From Paraspadella gotoi (lineage: Eukaryota > Animalia > Chaetognatha): DNA of 64,000 nucleotides. The stretch lies in NCBI GenBank assembly GCA_051294375.1, contig CM119267.1:17152606-17216605 (forward strand). The letters are read 5' to 3'. The notes under the pieces are model-generated. The model saw only the letters and a list, made by a program, of their open reading frames with translations, made no database searches and was not told the origin of the DNA. The stretch's first letter is position 1. Each line of letters opens with the position of its first letter. Both the position numbers and the translations under genes were made by a program. Of this stretch, positions 35,102-55,035 are shown piece by piece.

Positions 35102-37505
35102 ATGATGACTTTTCATCTTCGTCGACTTCATCCCTCGAGACTCGCCAAAGGCATCTTTGTTTTTATAATCGTCATAATCACGCTCAGTTTTGTCTCGGGT
35201 GAGTGCGATTGCAATCAAAATGGCCCCAAATAATATTGCCCAAATTTTCGAGATCGGCTACTCCAATGTAAATATAAATTTTTCATTTTCTATTCCACAT
35301 TCAGATTTGGACCAAGACAATTCCTCCTCCAAGAACATCAAAGCCGTCGGTCGAAATCCTCGTTTCGCCGGCGTCGACGACCTCTTAGACGTAAAGAAGC
35401 GAGACTTATCGCTTACAAGCGTGCTGGCGAAGCCGGTTCCTGTCTCTAGAGACGTTGCCACGCTTTTTGCCCTAGTCGGGGAGAGAGAAAAAAGCGGCTC
35501 CGACTCCGTAACGACTGTACCATCCGATAATGCCAATAATGGGGAGATCGGAAACAAAACGAACGTTGCCCGAGCCGAAGAGCGATCATCGTCGAGCGAT
35601 GAACCTTCGTCCCCCTTCGGAAACGTTGCTCTTTCTTCTCCGCCCAATTCTCCCGAGGATCCTGGAAAGGTCCGTCAGGTGAAGCCGGCTCAGCCAGATC
35701 ATCCAATCAGGCCTGTCGTAGCGGATCCCGTCTCCGGCGCCGATCGAAATACAACTCTCAAATATCGGGAGGCCCTACGAAATATTCAGTTGAATATCAA
35801 TAACGAGCAGTTTGTCCACAATTCCCGCAGGTGGTTTTAACATCTCATCAGTCATTACAATATGTACAAAAATTAATTTGGCATATCAAAAGATTACTTT
35901 CAGGTTTCTATATTTTTTTTTCTAGGTTCGGGTTAAATCCTTTGAAAACAAGATCTGATCTAGTCTTCGTGGTCGTTGTTCAAGTTCACAACAGATCACA
36001 GTATCTTCAGCATTTGGTAGACTCATTAAGAAAAGCTTCGAATGTAGATCAAATTTTACTCATATTTAGGTAATTATTTTGATTTTTCTTGTTTTCACCG
36101 AGGGACAAAATGTGAACGAAAAATTAAACGAATTTCTTTATTTGCTTTTCAGTCACGATTTCTATTCCGAAGATTTGAATAAAATTGTTGATTCTATTGA
36201 CTTTTGTCCCGTCCTTCAAATTTTTTATCCTTACACAATCCAAGCATTTCCAGGTAAACAATGAACCTTTATTTATTTCGGCGTGTTCTTTCTGCGAATA
36301 ACACAGAAAAAGTTTATTTTTTGTGTAGATCAATTTCCCGGAAGAGATCCCCGAGATTGTCCCCGCAATATCGGTGTCGAGAAAGCGAAGGAAATCAAAT
36401 GTAATAACTACAAGCATCCCGACAAATTTGGGCATTACCGCGAGGCTAAATATACTGCTACGAAACATCATTGGTATGAAGAGTTGCTTTAGGGTGGGTA
36501 TATACATAATTCTGATTTTAAAATGATGTCCCGATGTTAGGTGGTGGAAAATCCATCGCATCTTTGACGAACTCGACATCGTCTCCGATTACGACGGACC
36601 CGTCCTCATCCTGGAGGAAGACCACTTCGTCGCGCCCGATTTCATTCCAATCCTCAAACAAATGCTACAACTTAAAGAAAAGGTTTGAAATATATTTAAG
36701 TAACTTTGTGTTCCTTCTAACCCCAACTGCTTTTCAAATTAAGGAATGCCAAACCTGTTCTTTATTGGCCCTGGGAAATTATGATAAGAAGCCGACTTAC
36801 AAAGATGGAATGTCAGGTACCAAAAAAAAGTTTTAAAAATGTTTTTATATTTGAAAAACGTTTTTACGAATCTTTAGGAAAAGTCGACATCGAAACTTGG
36901 GTGTCCAGTAAGCACAACATGGGCATGGTCATCGACAGGAAAAATTACGAAAACGTCAAAAAGTGCCACAGAGAGTTTTGCAAGTTTGACGACTATAACT
37001 GGGATTGGAGTTTGCAGTTTATCAGCGCAACGTGTTTGAAGTCGTCTCTTCAGACTATGGTCAGTATGCTTTTTATATTACATAATACATATGCTCCAAA
37101 ATATTCATTTCGTTAACCACCATGTACCCACATTATGATTAGTCAATTGATTGTTTTTCAATAAACAATTTTTAACAGGTTATTAAATCTCCTCGCGTGT
37201 TTCATATCGGCGAATGCGGTTTGCATCACAAAGGAAAAAACTGCACGACGGAATCTCGCGTCAGTCAAATTCATAATCTTTTGACAACCAACAAAAAACA
37301 CTTATATCCTTTCGGGTAAAAAATTTATTTGGTTTACGTTATTTAATTTGTTTCGTTTTCAATGAAGTATACATTTTTTTTTAGTTTAAAAGTGAACAAC
37401 CGGCGCGTCTTCTCAAAGCCGAAGCCTCCTCGTCCCAACGGCGGTTGGGGTGACATTCGCGATCACGAACTTTGCATCTCATACATCACCGACAAAAACC
37501 AATGA
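35102..37505 (+). CDS. MGAT2: Alpha-1,6-mannosyl-glycoprotein 2-beta-N-acetylglucosaminyltransferase (GnT-II)
   Basis: Type II TM anchor; VVQVHNRSQYLQHLVDSL; FPGRDPRDCPR; KHHWWWK; LEEDH; FCKFDDYNWDWSL; RVFHIGECGLHH; PNGGWGDIRDHELC. Confidence 0.95.
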
Positions 37506-39163
37506 TTTCTCTTCAGTTACCCCGTTTTTGCTACGTCTCGGCGTTTTGTTAAAGCTTCAATAATCATCATCATCATATTGAATGTCAACAATTTCTTCCG
37601 CTCTCTTCGTCTCTCTCCCGTGATCATTAAAAATATGGCAAGCCCCGGCTTTAGTTGAAACAAACAAATTGGCCGTCGACTTTTCGACCCGAGACAGAAT
37701 TACATAAGCCTGCTCAAATCTTGCTCTTGCGCTGATAGTTGAAGCGGGAAAAACAGCACCAATTGAATTATTTCGTTTCAGAATGACGTTGTATCAATTA
37801 TCAATTATCAATTTTCATTTTATCAATGCGTCGTCGTTGGAGATAGCACGTATAAATTATATTCCTTCTTGTGTCGGTGAAATCGCATGAAGTAATTAAT
37901 AAAAATCAAAATTAATCCTTTTAATGGCAATTTTCTCGTTTCTCATTTAATTTTTTTTTTTTTTTTTTTTGCATAATTTGGGATTGATATTTTACAAACG
38001 GTTTTTGATACTGTGTCAGATTGTATGTTTAGGTAGTGATAATTAAGATATTGTTGTTAGTAGAATTCATCAGAGATATATTTTCTTATCTCATGAACCT
38101 ATCTTTTGTTAAAAATTAATTTAATGAAGGTGAAAATCTAACGGTAAAAGCACTTCGTTTTAGGATTAGGTGCTTGACATCATTTCTTCCTGTCTTTAGG
38201 ACACAGAGAGAATTATTAAATTAATAGTTTATTTATTTTTTAATATAATTGATTGCTTAATTTCTTATTATAGTTTTGACTTTTTTTTCTGAAAGAAAAC
38301 GGAATGGTTTTGACTTGAATATATCTTACGTGTAACTGTCATTTTTCGATTGCGTTTCCGCAATTTAGACTGTTTGCCAAATTTTTTTAAAAAGACTTTT
38401 ATACATATTATTATTATTATTACATATTATTGTTCATGAGATGATTAAAATACTTGCTCTGGAGTAAATTAGGTTTCGAGTTTTATAAGTTTTGGTGGAT
38501 GTTATTGCTTAGGAATATCATATCTGTGTCATTTATTATGAGAGTTAAAATTTTTTATCCGGTTCTTGTTCTAAGTCTTAACATTATTTCTGACTTAGAT
38601 GTTTTATACAATTTATTTATTTAGGTAATGATTGTTAATTTGTTCTCGCGGCCGCGGTGAATTTTTAAAATTCTTTCATATCAAATAATCTTTTTTTACG
38701 TTTTCGGCCCGAAATGTATTTTCATTTATATAAAGTTAAACGTTACTACGTTTTCGGATTGGGATTTGTATTGCCTACCAATTTTTCATCATTTAGGCCA
38801 ATCTTATGTTTTTACGTTTTACAGTTGAAATCGTGGTGGGAAGAGGGATTGGGTCATAATAGAATTTACCTAAATTTTATAATAATAATAATAATAATAA
38901 TACTTAAACTTTTAAAAATTATTCAACTCGTGGGCGAAAAAATAAGAGAGTGAAAAAACAGGAAGAGAGAGGTGTGAGGTGAAAAAGCTTCACGTTATTC
39001 ATTCGACTTCGCGAAATCGAGGCTAAAGCTTATCCATTGGATTACCGTTTCGACGTTTCCTTGGCTTTAACCCTTATGTGTCTTTCTATTATTTTGATAG
39101 AGGAAGCCTCCCTCGTTCGCTTTAAAAACATTTGGACGGGAGAAATCGTCCGATGCCTGGACG

Positions 39164-41952
39164 ATGCCGTCGAGCGAGGCCTCTAGTCAAACTGCGTTGG
39201 ACAACATTCCCATTGCCTGCGTGAGGGCGGCGGAGATGCGATCGTGGGCATCCTCGCGAGTCTGCGCAAATTGGGCCGTTTGCGGCGGCGACGAGGACGA
39301 TGACGACTCGGATTGTTCCGAGCTCGGCGATCGCTTCCGCCTGGGATTCGCCCACTCCAAATACGACCGAGTGTCGGAGCGATGGATTTGCGACGGATTC
39401 GTTGAATTGAAGAGGGAAAAGTTGGCCGAGGCGACGGTCGCCGAAGAGGAGGAATCCCTCGCCACCTACTTCGACGTGACCTACGAATGTTACGGCGACG
39501 AACCCAAGACGTTCGTCGCCTTTAAGACTCTGACCACTTTGGAGGAAGTGGTTGAGATTCTCAAAGGATTGTCGAGAGATGGCGACATGACGGGTTGGAG
39601 CGTCAAAGAAGCAAGAGAGAAGTTTACGGGCGGAGTTTTTGAAAAGACTAACGATGAGGGGATTACTGTCGAAGTTAGCCCGGCGTCCCCGGCTGGGAGT
39701 TTCGAAGGATCATTAGAGGACAACCGAAATCTCTCCCCGATAAATAGCAAAGCTGCCAAAGCAGACTTATCACTAACTACCTCAACGCGACTGACGAAAA
39801 TTGATCCTGAATCACGAACTGATTTCGGAAAATGTTCAGGCGACGAACTTAAAAAATTTCGGGCGAACCAAATCGAAACACTGGAGCAGGATAAGATTTG
39901 CCGAAAATGCAATCGAAAATTCGCCTCGAAAAAATCGCGAATCCGTCACGAGGTGTGCCACTCCTCGGAACGGCCCTTCGCCTGCGATCTTTGCGGCAAG
40001 ACCTTCAAACTGCGACAGGCTGTCTACGAACATCAGCGGAATATCCACCCATTCAAGTATTTTGCCAGGCGTAGCGTGACCGTCGCAGAAGCGGCTAAGC
40101 CTGAAATCAAAGAAGAGGACGAGTCAATTTCCTGTCACTTGTGCGACCAGAGACTTGGTGACAAGAAAGACTACGAGGACCACATGTGCGACGTCCACGC
40201 TGGTGACCGCAAGGAGGAAGGCTTTAAGAAATGTCCGATCTGCAGCAAATCCTGTAAATCCCCTGGTCTGATGAAGCTGCATATGCGAGAGTCGCATTCG
40301 GACCCATTTGCCAGGTTCGAATGTCAGTTTTGTGGACAAAAGTTTAAGAAGAGGACGCTGATGAATCAGCACGTTGCTTACAGGCGAGTGGCAAGAATAT
40401 ACAATTATACATTTTCTATTAATATCTCGTTAGTGTGCATTGACAAACTACTTTATCTATTTTTTATCTATATTCCCAGACACAAGGAGAAGGAAGTCGA
40501 GTGCCCGAACTGCGACAAAAAGTACGCGACGGTTTACGACCTAAAGCGTCACATGGTTCATCACGACGAGAGTCTCAAGCCGAAGTGTAGTATCTGTGAA
40601 CGCGTCTTTACCACCAAAGTCAATCTAAAGAAACACGAGGAAAAGTATCACGTTAAAACTGATGCATCGGTTCGAAAAAGCAGAGCGCCCATTGCCGGAG
40701 TCTCGAAAGGAAAAGCGGTTAAGAGTTTGAAAAAGAGAAGGAAAAAGATGGCCACAGCCGCTGGGGCCGTCGGAGCGCCGAACGCTAAGTCGGAGACGAC
40801 GGATGGAGAATCCGTGTCGTCGACACTATCGAAGACTCTGACTATGACTACTTGCGGCGAGACGCTTGCGACGAGTGTTAAAATGCTCACCACCGACGTT
40901 GAAACGCCAATTACGAGCTCCGCCACGCCGGTGATTAGTGCTGCGTCGCTTACGAGCCGCGCATCGTCGATGTCTTTGGACGAATTGACTCCTGTGGCTG
41001 AATTAGAATTAGTTGCGGAGAGTGAGGATGGAACCTCGGTGACGCTGGCTCTGCAGGCTGTTGGAACTGCAGTCTTGCCAGGTAGGATGCTAAAATATTT
41101 TTATATATGTTTATTCGGTGAAATATATAATTGAAAAATTAAGTGAAAGATAAAAATATATAAACATTTTTGATACTCAGAAGTTTCCAACAAGAGTCAA
41201 AGTCTGGAACCGGCTTCTACTTCTCTATCGACTTTTCATCAACTAACCAAAGTCGTACCCGAAAATTTTGCGAACCAGCGACTCCATTTTAGGTGGGTCT
41301 TTTTAAAAGTATATAACTATATATTTTTTTTATGAAATTGCCACAACTAATATAAAAATTATCCATTCATTTAATAAATAAGCTATATTGCCCCTGACTA
41401 TATAATTTTTAAGAATTTGTTAATTTTCCAAAAATGTTTAAAAAAATTAAATTTAGGCTTTGTTGGTTTAAGGCCTCCATCACTCTTACAAGATAATGAC
41501 ATAGCAGGTCCCTGCAAGCTTTCAATCAAGACTCTCTCAGAGTCTCAGATTACCAGATTACCTGGCTTCCCTATGAATTAAGTGGTATAATATTTCAAAT
41601 AATGTTTCATGTAAGCTGAATGCTTTATGTAAGCTGGCCGTTTTTTTATTGTAGTTCCGTGGGAAATCCGACTACCCTTTTGTTAACGCCCTCTGCAAGC
41701 AATTCGGCAAAACTCGGAAATTTGACTCACGTCCAGTTACAAGTGAAAAGATCTCGATAGTTGATTTTTATTTAATTCTAGGAATATTCTAATAATTTGG
41801 AAACTAAATTTATGATTTATCTTAAATATAACATTTAAAAACAGGAGGCGTCATTCGGTCAAGTGATCACGACCATCGCATTACCCGCCACTCCACCGCC
41901 CATCGCCTCCGAAATACAAGACGTCGTTTGTTCCAATCAGTTTTCCTTTTAG
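39164..41952 (+). CDS. Multi-C2H2 zinc-finger protein with a Ser/Thr-rich tail
   Basis: About 7 CxxC..H..H fingers (e.g. CDLCGKTFKLRQAVYEHQRNIH, linker SSERPF); stop TAG at 41950-41952. Confidence 0.85.
41456..41610 (-). repeat. ~320-bp repeat family, partial inverted copy 3 (zinc-finger gene intron)
   Basis: ggtttaaggcctccatcactctt..gcaggtccctgcaagctttcaatcaagac is the reverse complement of the core of copy 1. Confidence 0.85.
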
Positions 41953-42095
41953 ATGATGTTTATTATTATGCCGCTTGTAAACATAAATATCATTTTATTT
42001 ATTTTATTTTTCTATGTAATTTTTGGTCTATTTATTTTTATAGGTGCAGCGTTGAATAAAGTAAAAACAGTCAAGGGTGTAACAAGTGTTCAGTC

Positions 42096-42854
42096 ATGTC
42101 TTTCAGCGATCCTTCGGCTTTAGAACAATGCCCCTACGACAAAACTCACATGATTCAGAAAAAACGGATGCCTTACCATTTGAAAAAGTGTCGGGAACAA
42201 CATCCTGAAAAAGTTCTCAAGATTTGCCAATTCAACTCTCGACACGAAGTACCGGCGGAGCAGTACGAACATCACTTGCTCAACTGCGAAAATCGTCACG
42301 TGGTCGCTTCTTCTCTGCACGCCCTCGCATCGTTGGGCCCGGACGCGATGCCGTCGATGTCGTCCTCGCCTTCGCCTTCGCCTTCGCTCAACGACGAAAA
42401 TTGGGATCGCGAGGAAAATGGGCGTGGCTTGGACCAGTCGCCCGCAATCTCGATGGGATTTTCTGCTTTGTCTTCCGGATTTGAACCGACGCAACAGCCT
42501 TCCTTGGAGCAAGTCGCCGACCCGAAGATGGAAGCGATTTTGTCGCCGGATCGATTCGGTTTCTATCATCCCCGAGTCCAAGATATGCAGCAACGAGGAC
42601 TTTTGCCCGAAGCGGAGCCGACGGAAAGACGCCGCCAGGGGGGAAGGGGTCGTGGCGTCTTCAAGCCGGCCTCGGGACTCGCGCCCTCGACCAGCTTTGG
42701 ACGCGGACAGTGGAGATCTCATATGTCAACTGAGCAGGGAGAATCGAGAGTTGGACACGGGGATTCTGCTGAGAGAGGTCGGCCGTTTTGTGCGCCTACT
42801 AGTTATCAAGAGGCCTTAAAGATAAACGCTATGAAAGCGTTAAATAATTTATAA
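42096..42854 (+). CDS. GTSF1: Gametocyte-specific factor 1 / Asterix (piRNA pathway); intronless CDS
   Basis: Two CHHC zinc fingers CPYDKTH..YHLKKC and CQFNSRH..HHLLNC; acidic ENWD motif; RG-rich tail. Confidence 0.88.
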   Translation: MSFSDPSALEQCPYDKTHMIQKKRMPYHLKKCREQHPEKVLKICQFNSRHEVPAEQYEHHLLNCENRHVVASSLHALASLGPDAMPSMSSSPSPSPSLNDENWDREENGRGLDQSPAISMGFSALSSGFEPTQQPSLEQVADPKMEAILSPDRFGFYHPRVQDMQQRGLLPEAEPTERRRQGGRGRGVFKPASGLAPSTSFGRGQWRSHMSTEQGESRVGHGDSAERGRPFCAPTSYQEALKINAMKALNNL

Positions 42855-43244
42855 AATTGATGATTTTTCATTGTATAATGTATAAGTATTATGATACTGC
42901 GTGATTTTAATTTTTATTTATTTTTTTTATCATAATTACTACTTTTTCGGGTTTTGCGTTTGGGGCATGAATCTCAAATTGAATTCCTTGTTTTTTTATA
43001 TTTTTAAATTTAGGCTATTGTGGCATGTTTCAAGCGATGTCCTCTTTCTGTTAGCTGTTCATTTTAGTCTCGTCAAACTGTATTGGTTAATGGTTATCAT
43101 GAAATTTCTTGTTCACTGCTAATTTTTAATATCCTCGGGTAATTCCGCACTTCATCGTTAATTGTGAATAATTTTTTTTACTCAGTGTTTCTTCAAAAAC
43201 TTTGATTTTTAAAAACTGTTCGCTTTGAATTCGAAACGAGGATC

Positions 43245-43608
43245 ATGGATAATTCCAAATCTCCGTCTGCTCGACGGACTGGCGGCGACGCACAAAGAAG
43301 ACCCGACAATCAAATCCAGAGGCAAATTCAGCAGGTCTCCACCAATTAAAATTGTTTTCAAAGTCAAACGATTAGCACTTTCGCTAAATTTAAATTTTTT
43401 AAAAAAAAAATATTCTTTTAAGGACTGGGCCAATCGTGAATACATCGAGGTCATTACTTCATCAATCAAGCGCATCGCCGATTTTCTCAACTCTTTCGAC
43501 ATGTCTTGTCGGTCACGACTCGCAATCCTAAACGAGAAGCTGACCGACTTGGAGAGAAAGATGGAATATACAGAGGCTAGGATTGCCAAGCAGGAGACGA
43601 TGCCTTGA
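43245..43608 (+). CDS. BRK1: BRICK1/HSPC300, WAVE complex subunit; 2 exons
   Basis: IQRQIQQ|[41 protein letters not shown]. Confidence 0.96.
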
Positions 43609-43826
43609 TTTAACATTCTTTTAAAAGACGATCATGTACAGCAATTTGTTGCCATTTCACGCATTTACTGCCTGCCGTTTAGTTTTTCGATACTGTATTT
43701 ATTAATGTGAATGTCTCAAATTTATATTAATCATTCCCATGTTATTCGCGGACGTCATATTATTTTAGGGTAACTAAATCCTTTGAGTATCTTAACCCCG
43801 TCAAAGCAAGTTAAAGATATAAAAAA

Positions 43827-45312
43827 ATGTCGGGCGAAGCAGCACAGCAAATTCCCGAATATGCTTTCTTTTTTGGCAGGTGAGAACAGCGCTCACAAAT
43901 TATATACGCAATGACATTTTTTTACGTTTTACTATAAACATTAACATGGATAATCTTTTTTTCAGCATGGGGGCAACGTCCGCTATGATTTTTAGCGCAC
44001 TGGGGGCGGCTTATGGAACGGGTAAGTTTTGTAAAAAATAATAATATTACTTGATTAAAGTTTTATTATGTTAGCTGTTATGGCAATAGGGAGACATGTG
44101 TGATGCCCGGGGTGTGAGGCATCTCCCGACAGCTGGCGCTCTGGGCTTTGGACCTGTATTGACTACCCCATGTCACTGGCGTGTTTATGCTGACGCCATC
44201 ACATTTAACCAGTATGACCGTGTAGGGATTGAACCCGGAACTCAGTTGGTGAACGAGTCCAAGCCAATGGGACAAGCTGAGTTTCAACGATTCACCAAGC
44301 TATATGAGAGGCTAATTTAGGATCCACACATGCCCCCGTCAAGACAGCACATTGGGCTGCCCAAGCGACAGTATACAGCGGTTGCGTGTTCGATAATAGG
44401 GCCCACCACTTACGGCAATAGGGAGACATTTGTGATGCCCAGGGTGTAAGGCATCTCCTTTCCAGTGTGACCGTGAGGGGATTGAACCCGGAATTTTATC
44501 AAGCTATACGGGAGGTGAATTTAGGATTCGCCACACTACGAATTTCGTTTTCGGTGCCATGGTTGTTCTAACTTCTTAAAATTATTTTTCTCCAGCTTTG
44601 TCTTATTTCGTCTCTTTAATAGATCATAACATAAGCGTCCCTTTTTTTTTTACAGCCAAGTCCGGAACCGGGATCGCTGCCATGTCGGTGATGCGTCCCG
44701 AGTTGATAATGAAATCAATCATTCCAGGTATTCCTTTTAAACATTCTCTTTCCGTTAGAAACGTCTCAGCAGTATTTGAGTTATTTATATTTTATTTCTT
44801 AGTCGTCATGGCTGGTATCATCGCTATCTACGGTCTGGTCGTAGCCGTCATCATTGGAGTTGGGATCAATGATAAGTCATATACTCCTTACAAAGGTAGA
44901 TTGGACTTTTTTTAAATCGCACGCGTTTTACTTTCATTTCTTATCTTATATAGTTATAGGTAAAATTTTACTTTCGCCGACAGAATATTGAATAATAATG
45001 TAAAAAAAATTATGCTTTATTATCATCCGAGGCTTCCTTCATCTGGGCGCTGGGCTCTCCGTGGGACTTTCTGGTCTCGCTGCCGGGTTCGCCATCGGCG
45101 TAGTTGGAGACGCCGGCGTTAGAGGAACGGCGCAGCAACCAAGGTGAGTCCCCCCGTTTGTATTGTATTTTTTGTGATTTGTACAAATTTGTTAATATCG
45201 ACTGCTTTTGACAACTCACAGGTTGTTCGTCGGAATGATCCTCATCCTCATTTTCGCCGAAGTCTTGGGTCTATACGGCCTCATTGTCGCTCTCATTTTA
45301 TCGACCAAATAA
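43827..45312 (+). CDS. ATP6V0C: V-ATPase 16 kDa proteolipid subunit c
   Basis: [99 protein letters not shown]. Confidence 0.97.
44078..44536 (-). mobile_element. Two tandem tRNA-derived SINE copies (44078-44330 long; 44410-44536 internally deleted) in an ATP6V0C intron
   Basis: Minus strand: A-box-like TAGCTTGGT and B-box GGGTTCAATCC; both copies share the tail GGGCATCAC..TCTCCCTATTGCC.TAA. Confidence 0.75.
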
Positions 45313-46062
45313 GAAACTTCTATAACTTTAAAGTGAAAATAGAAAAAAAAATAAGAAATTATAGAACTATTTGGTCGCTTCGTTCTTTTCCTTTCAATTT
45401 TCTGTTCTGGGCAAACATAATTTCAGAATAACCTAACGTAATAGATTTTTATTCGTGTTATGTATTACATTTACTCCAAAAGCATTGTATATATTTAGTT
45501 TGGTATAAAATTGTGGTGATTCATAACGTATAAGCGATCAAAGATTTTTTTTTTGGCAAAAAATAACTATTTTTTTGATATTTAATTTTACACGTGCATA
45601 TATCGTTTAAATCGTAAGCTTCGTGGTTCGCCTGTTGGGGCAACTGCGTTTATTTGTACCCAAACTTTCCACTAATTGATTCTCATTTTTTACCGAAGGT
45701 ATAAAACATATTCATAGAAACCGTTCCAAGTGTAGTTGTCCCGTTGGTGCTGCGAAATTATAGATTTAGTCAAATCGCTCACTTTAATATTAATAATTGG
45801 AATACGAAATATCACTTCCAAATTTCTAGTCCTACGATTGTGATTGGTAATCCATAACAATCTATTTAAATAAAAATTCCTTATTTTTCTTTCGCTATCG
45901 ATAATTTTTTCTTTTTTATTTTTAACCGTTTTTTTATTTCGAAAACCCTAAATAGTGCATTCTGTGTTGATGTCATTTTCTAATAATTTATACGAAAGAT
46001 TCGTTGGTGTCTGTTTTAACAATCATTTTCCTTGCCCACTATTCAAATTACTTACTCGCAGA

Positions 46063-46924
46063 ATGTCTCAGAGAAAGCTTCTTCCTGTGACTCGCAACTT
46101 ACTTTGGAACTCTTTCTTCAATCCATTGCTCTTCCGTACTTTCACGTTCGCCTCGAGATCAGCTTTTCATAAACGTACTTTTTCCGCGTTTCCCACTTAC
46201 TCAGACTTGACGTCGATAGCTTTCTGCAGGTCATTTTCTTTGTTTTATTCGGACGGTTTCGAGTTCCGTTCTTGCTCATCGATGATAGATTCTGCGGCAA
46301 AGCATTCCAAGTCTCCTGCGATTGCACCCACCTCGACTACGCCTCTCGCTGACGATGATAAAAACGAGCGGGAAATCGAGGACAGCGACGAAGACAGCGA
46401 TGACGACGAAGACGAGGGCTATGTAGATAAAAACGAACAAGTTTCTTTAGCCGAGAACGAAAAAGCTCTGGCCCCGCCCCGACATTCAACCAATCAATTT
46501 AATTCGCCCCGGTTGGACAACCTAGTTAGATTCGCCTTGGATTTAGGAAAAGAAGATTTTGAATCGGCTTTTTACGAGGTATAATTTTTAATTTTAGTAA
46601 GCCCCGAGATAGATTATCGCAAATTACGATTGATTAGATCGAATAGAACGAAAAGTCATACTCGGACGAAAGCGAATGATATGAAGGTGATAAATTAAAT
46701 AAGTGGCCGTCAATTAGGGACTCGTGCGGTTAAACGGCGCCATCGCGAGAAAGAAAAGCGCCCGACTGTCGCGAGGGGATCGCGTTGACGTCGCCTTTGA
46801 GGGGAACGAAGACTCTAACCCTCAAAGAGTCAGACGAGTTGTCGTCCTTTCAATCTCCCCCGCTCCCGGAAATAAGGTCAAGGTTGTTTTGCTGTCATGG
46901 AAAAAAGGCGTCCAAATTACTTAA
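46063..46924 (+). CDS. MTRES1: Mitochondrial transcription rescue factor 1 (C6orf203), S4-like domain; 2 exons
   Basis: Arg/Ser/Phe-rich presequence, acidic linker, SPRLDNLVRFALDLGKEDFESAFYE|GLVRLNG..KKSARLSRGDRVDV. Confidence 0.8.
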
Positions 46925-47169
46925 GGATGAAAAAAAAACTTTGGTTGTGTCACAGTGACGAAGAAAAACTTATGAAATCGTTCAAAGAATGACCCTCTAA
47001 AAATGTCCTCAATTCATATCGCTGAATCTTTGATTTTTGATTTTTTGGGGTTTTTTTTTTTTTTTGTTTTTGTATTTTTTCTTGTTTGGTTTTAGGATGC
47101 TCTGACTAGCATTATTTTCTTCAAAATCAACGTCTAGTTCCAAACTATTAAGTCCGTCCGTTTGGAAGC

Positions 47170-52899
<5,730 letters not shown>

Positions 52900-53586
52900 G
52901 TCTGAGACTGTCAAGCGATGTCTGATCATTTTACCGACTCAAGATTTTTAATTAGCGATCGGGCATGCTACTTGATATTTTTCCTGGCTAATAAAAAAAT
53001 GCGGGAATTCATGGCACATCGTGATAATGTGTCAATATTTTACGTATATTCCCCCCAATCTCCTGTTGAATCCTATACTTCTTTTCGAAATTATTTTGTC
53101 CAATTTATATAAATTTGATGTTACGCGCTTCAACGTTGGTTTTCGTTTTCAAGTAAAAATCAGTTAGTAAATGTGTTTGACGGATGGCAGTTTTATAACT
53201 AATTTCTGTTATATTTTATTTCACGAAACCCGTCTATCAAAGAAGTTGCACCCGGTGATGTTATAATCTAGTCAAATCCAGTTATTGATGTTGATTTTTG
53301 TGCCTTTAGCTAAATTACCCGCGGAGGTTAAATGTACTCTAATAAATTTCGACACGAATTTGTAAATGATAAGATTTTGAAGTATTTTTCTTTAAGTAAC
53401 TCAGTTAGTTGGGTGATTGAATATAGTCATTCTTTTTCATTCGTGCCGATCCTTCAATTTTACTAGGTTTTTTAATTCCAAAGATCCATTATTACAGCTA
53501 TTTATCGCGACTAAGGGCTGGCACAGACTTGGTTGCTACCCTTCCCCCCTTCGCGAAACACTAGAATAAACGAACGAACGAAAGCC

Positions 53587-55035
53587 ATGGTGCTAAAAAG
53601 AGTGTCGCAGGCGAAAACTCGTCGGTCGAAAGCTGCCCTATTGGAAAGAGAGCCGAAGATTGTGGAAAACACCAAGACGTGCATGTTCGTCAAGGGCGGC
53701 AACACCAGCCAAATCGTTGCGGATTCTATGAAAGAATTGATGTTGTTAAAAAAACCCAACGCAGTTTCCTATAGGTAGTAAGCCCTTTTCCGATTACAGA
53801 AATCTTAAGGCGGACGCTCGGTTAGATGACCCTGGTTGATGTGTTTGTTATTCACACAGAAAAAAGAACATCTTGCGCCCGATGGAGGATCAGACGTCGT
53901 TGGAATTTTTCGCTAAAAAGTCCGACGCTTCTATGTTCGTCTTTGGATCCCACAATAAGAAAAGACCACACAACCTCGTCTTTGGTTAGATCTCATTTGC
54001 TTATCATACAGCTGTATTTAAATCGCGCGATATAGACGGGAGCCAAATTTTTAAAATGGAATAAAACCAATGTAATTAATTTAATTATATTGTAGGGCGT
54101 TTTTTCAACTTTGAAATTCTTGACATGTACGAAGTTGGAATTTCGAAATTCCAGTCAATGGCGCAAATCTCGAGACTCTCAAAACCAACCTTGGGTATAT
54201 ATTCGGCTATTTAAATGTATAAAACTGTAGCAAAAGGACTGTTGTTGCTCATGGCTTGAAAACTATCTTTTCAGGTAACAAACCTTGCCTTCTGTTTTCT
54301 GGCGAAGCATTCGACAAAGATCCGGAACTTCAAAAGTTCAAGAGTTTACTTTTAGGTTTGTCGACAAATTGCGTAACAAAAAAAAAAAAAAAAAAATAAG
54401 TGCACGAAATTAAATTTTTGTTTTGTCAGATCTTTTTCGGGGTCCCGTGGTGCCTACCGTGAGATTGCAGGGCTTGGAGAATGTTCTCTCCTTTGTCGCC
54501 GTCGGAAGGAAAGTTCACCTTCGAGGCTACAAGACGGTTCTCAAGAAATCCGGGTCAACGACGCCGCGGGTGGAGCTGGAGGAAGTGGGGCCGAGGTAAG
54601 TGGCGAGGGGGAGAATAAAATAAAAGAGTGATTCGATGTTGCGATTCGATCAGCCTCGACCTCGATCTTCGCCGATCCCGCATCGGGTCCGACGATCTCT
54701 TCAAACGGGCCATGAAACAGCCCAAGGCTGCCAAGGTCAAGAAAGTCAAGAATGTTTCCAAGGACCCGTTCCAGGTTAGCAACGCGTGAGTTGAGAGATT
54801 TCCGGGAAAAAAACCGCTTGATAGCATTTGATTTATTTTTCTTTAATACTTCCTTCAGAACAAACTAGGCCGAATTCACGTCGGCGTTCAAGATCTATCT
54901 GGTCTCCGCATGAGAAAGAGAAAAGCGCTGAAAAAAGATGGCGGAGGGAAAAAGCAAAAACTGGAGGGAAGCGAAACTATAGACACTGCTGGCGGCGTCT
55001 CGGAGGAAGCGAGTCAACAACCCATGGAACTTTGA
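53587..55035 (+). CDS. RPF2: Ribosome production factor 2 (Brix domain)
   Basis: [71 protein letters not shown]. Confidence 0.95.
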
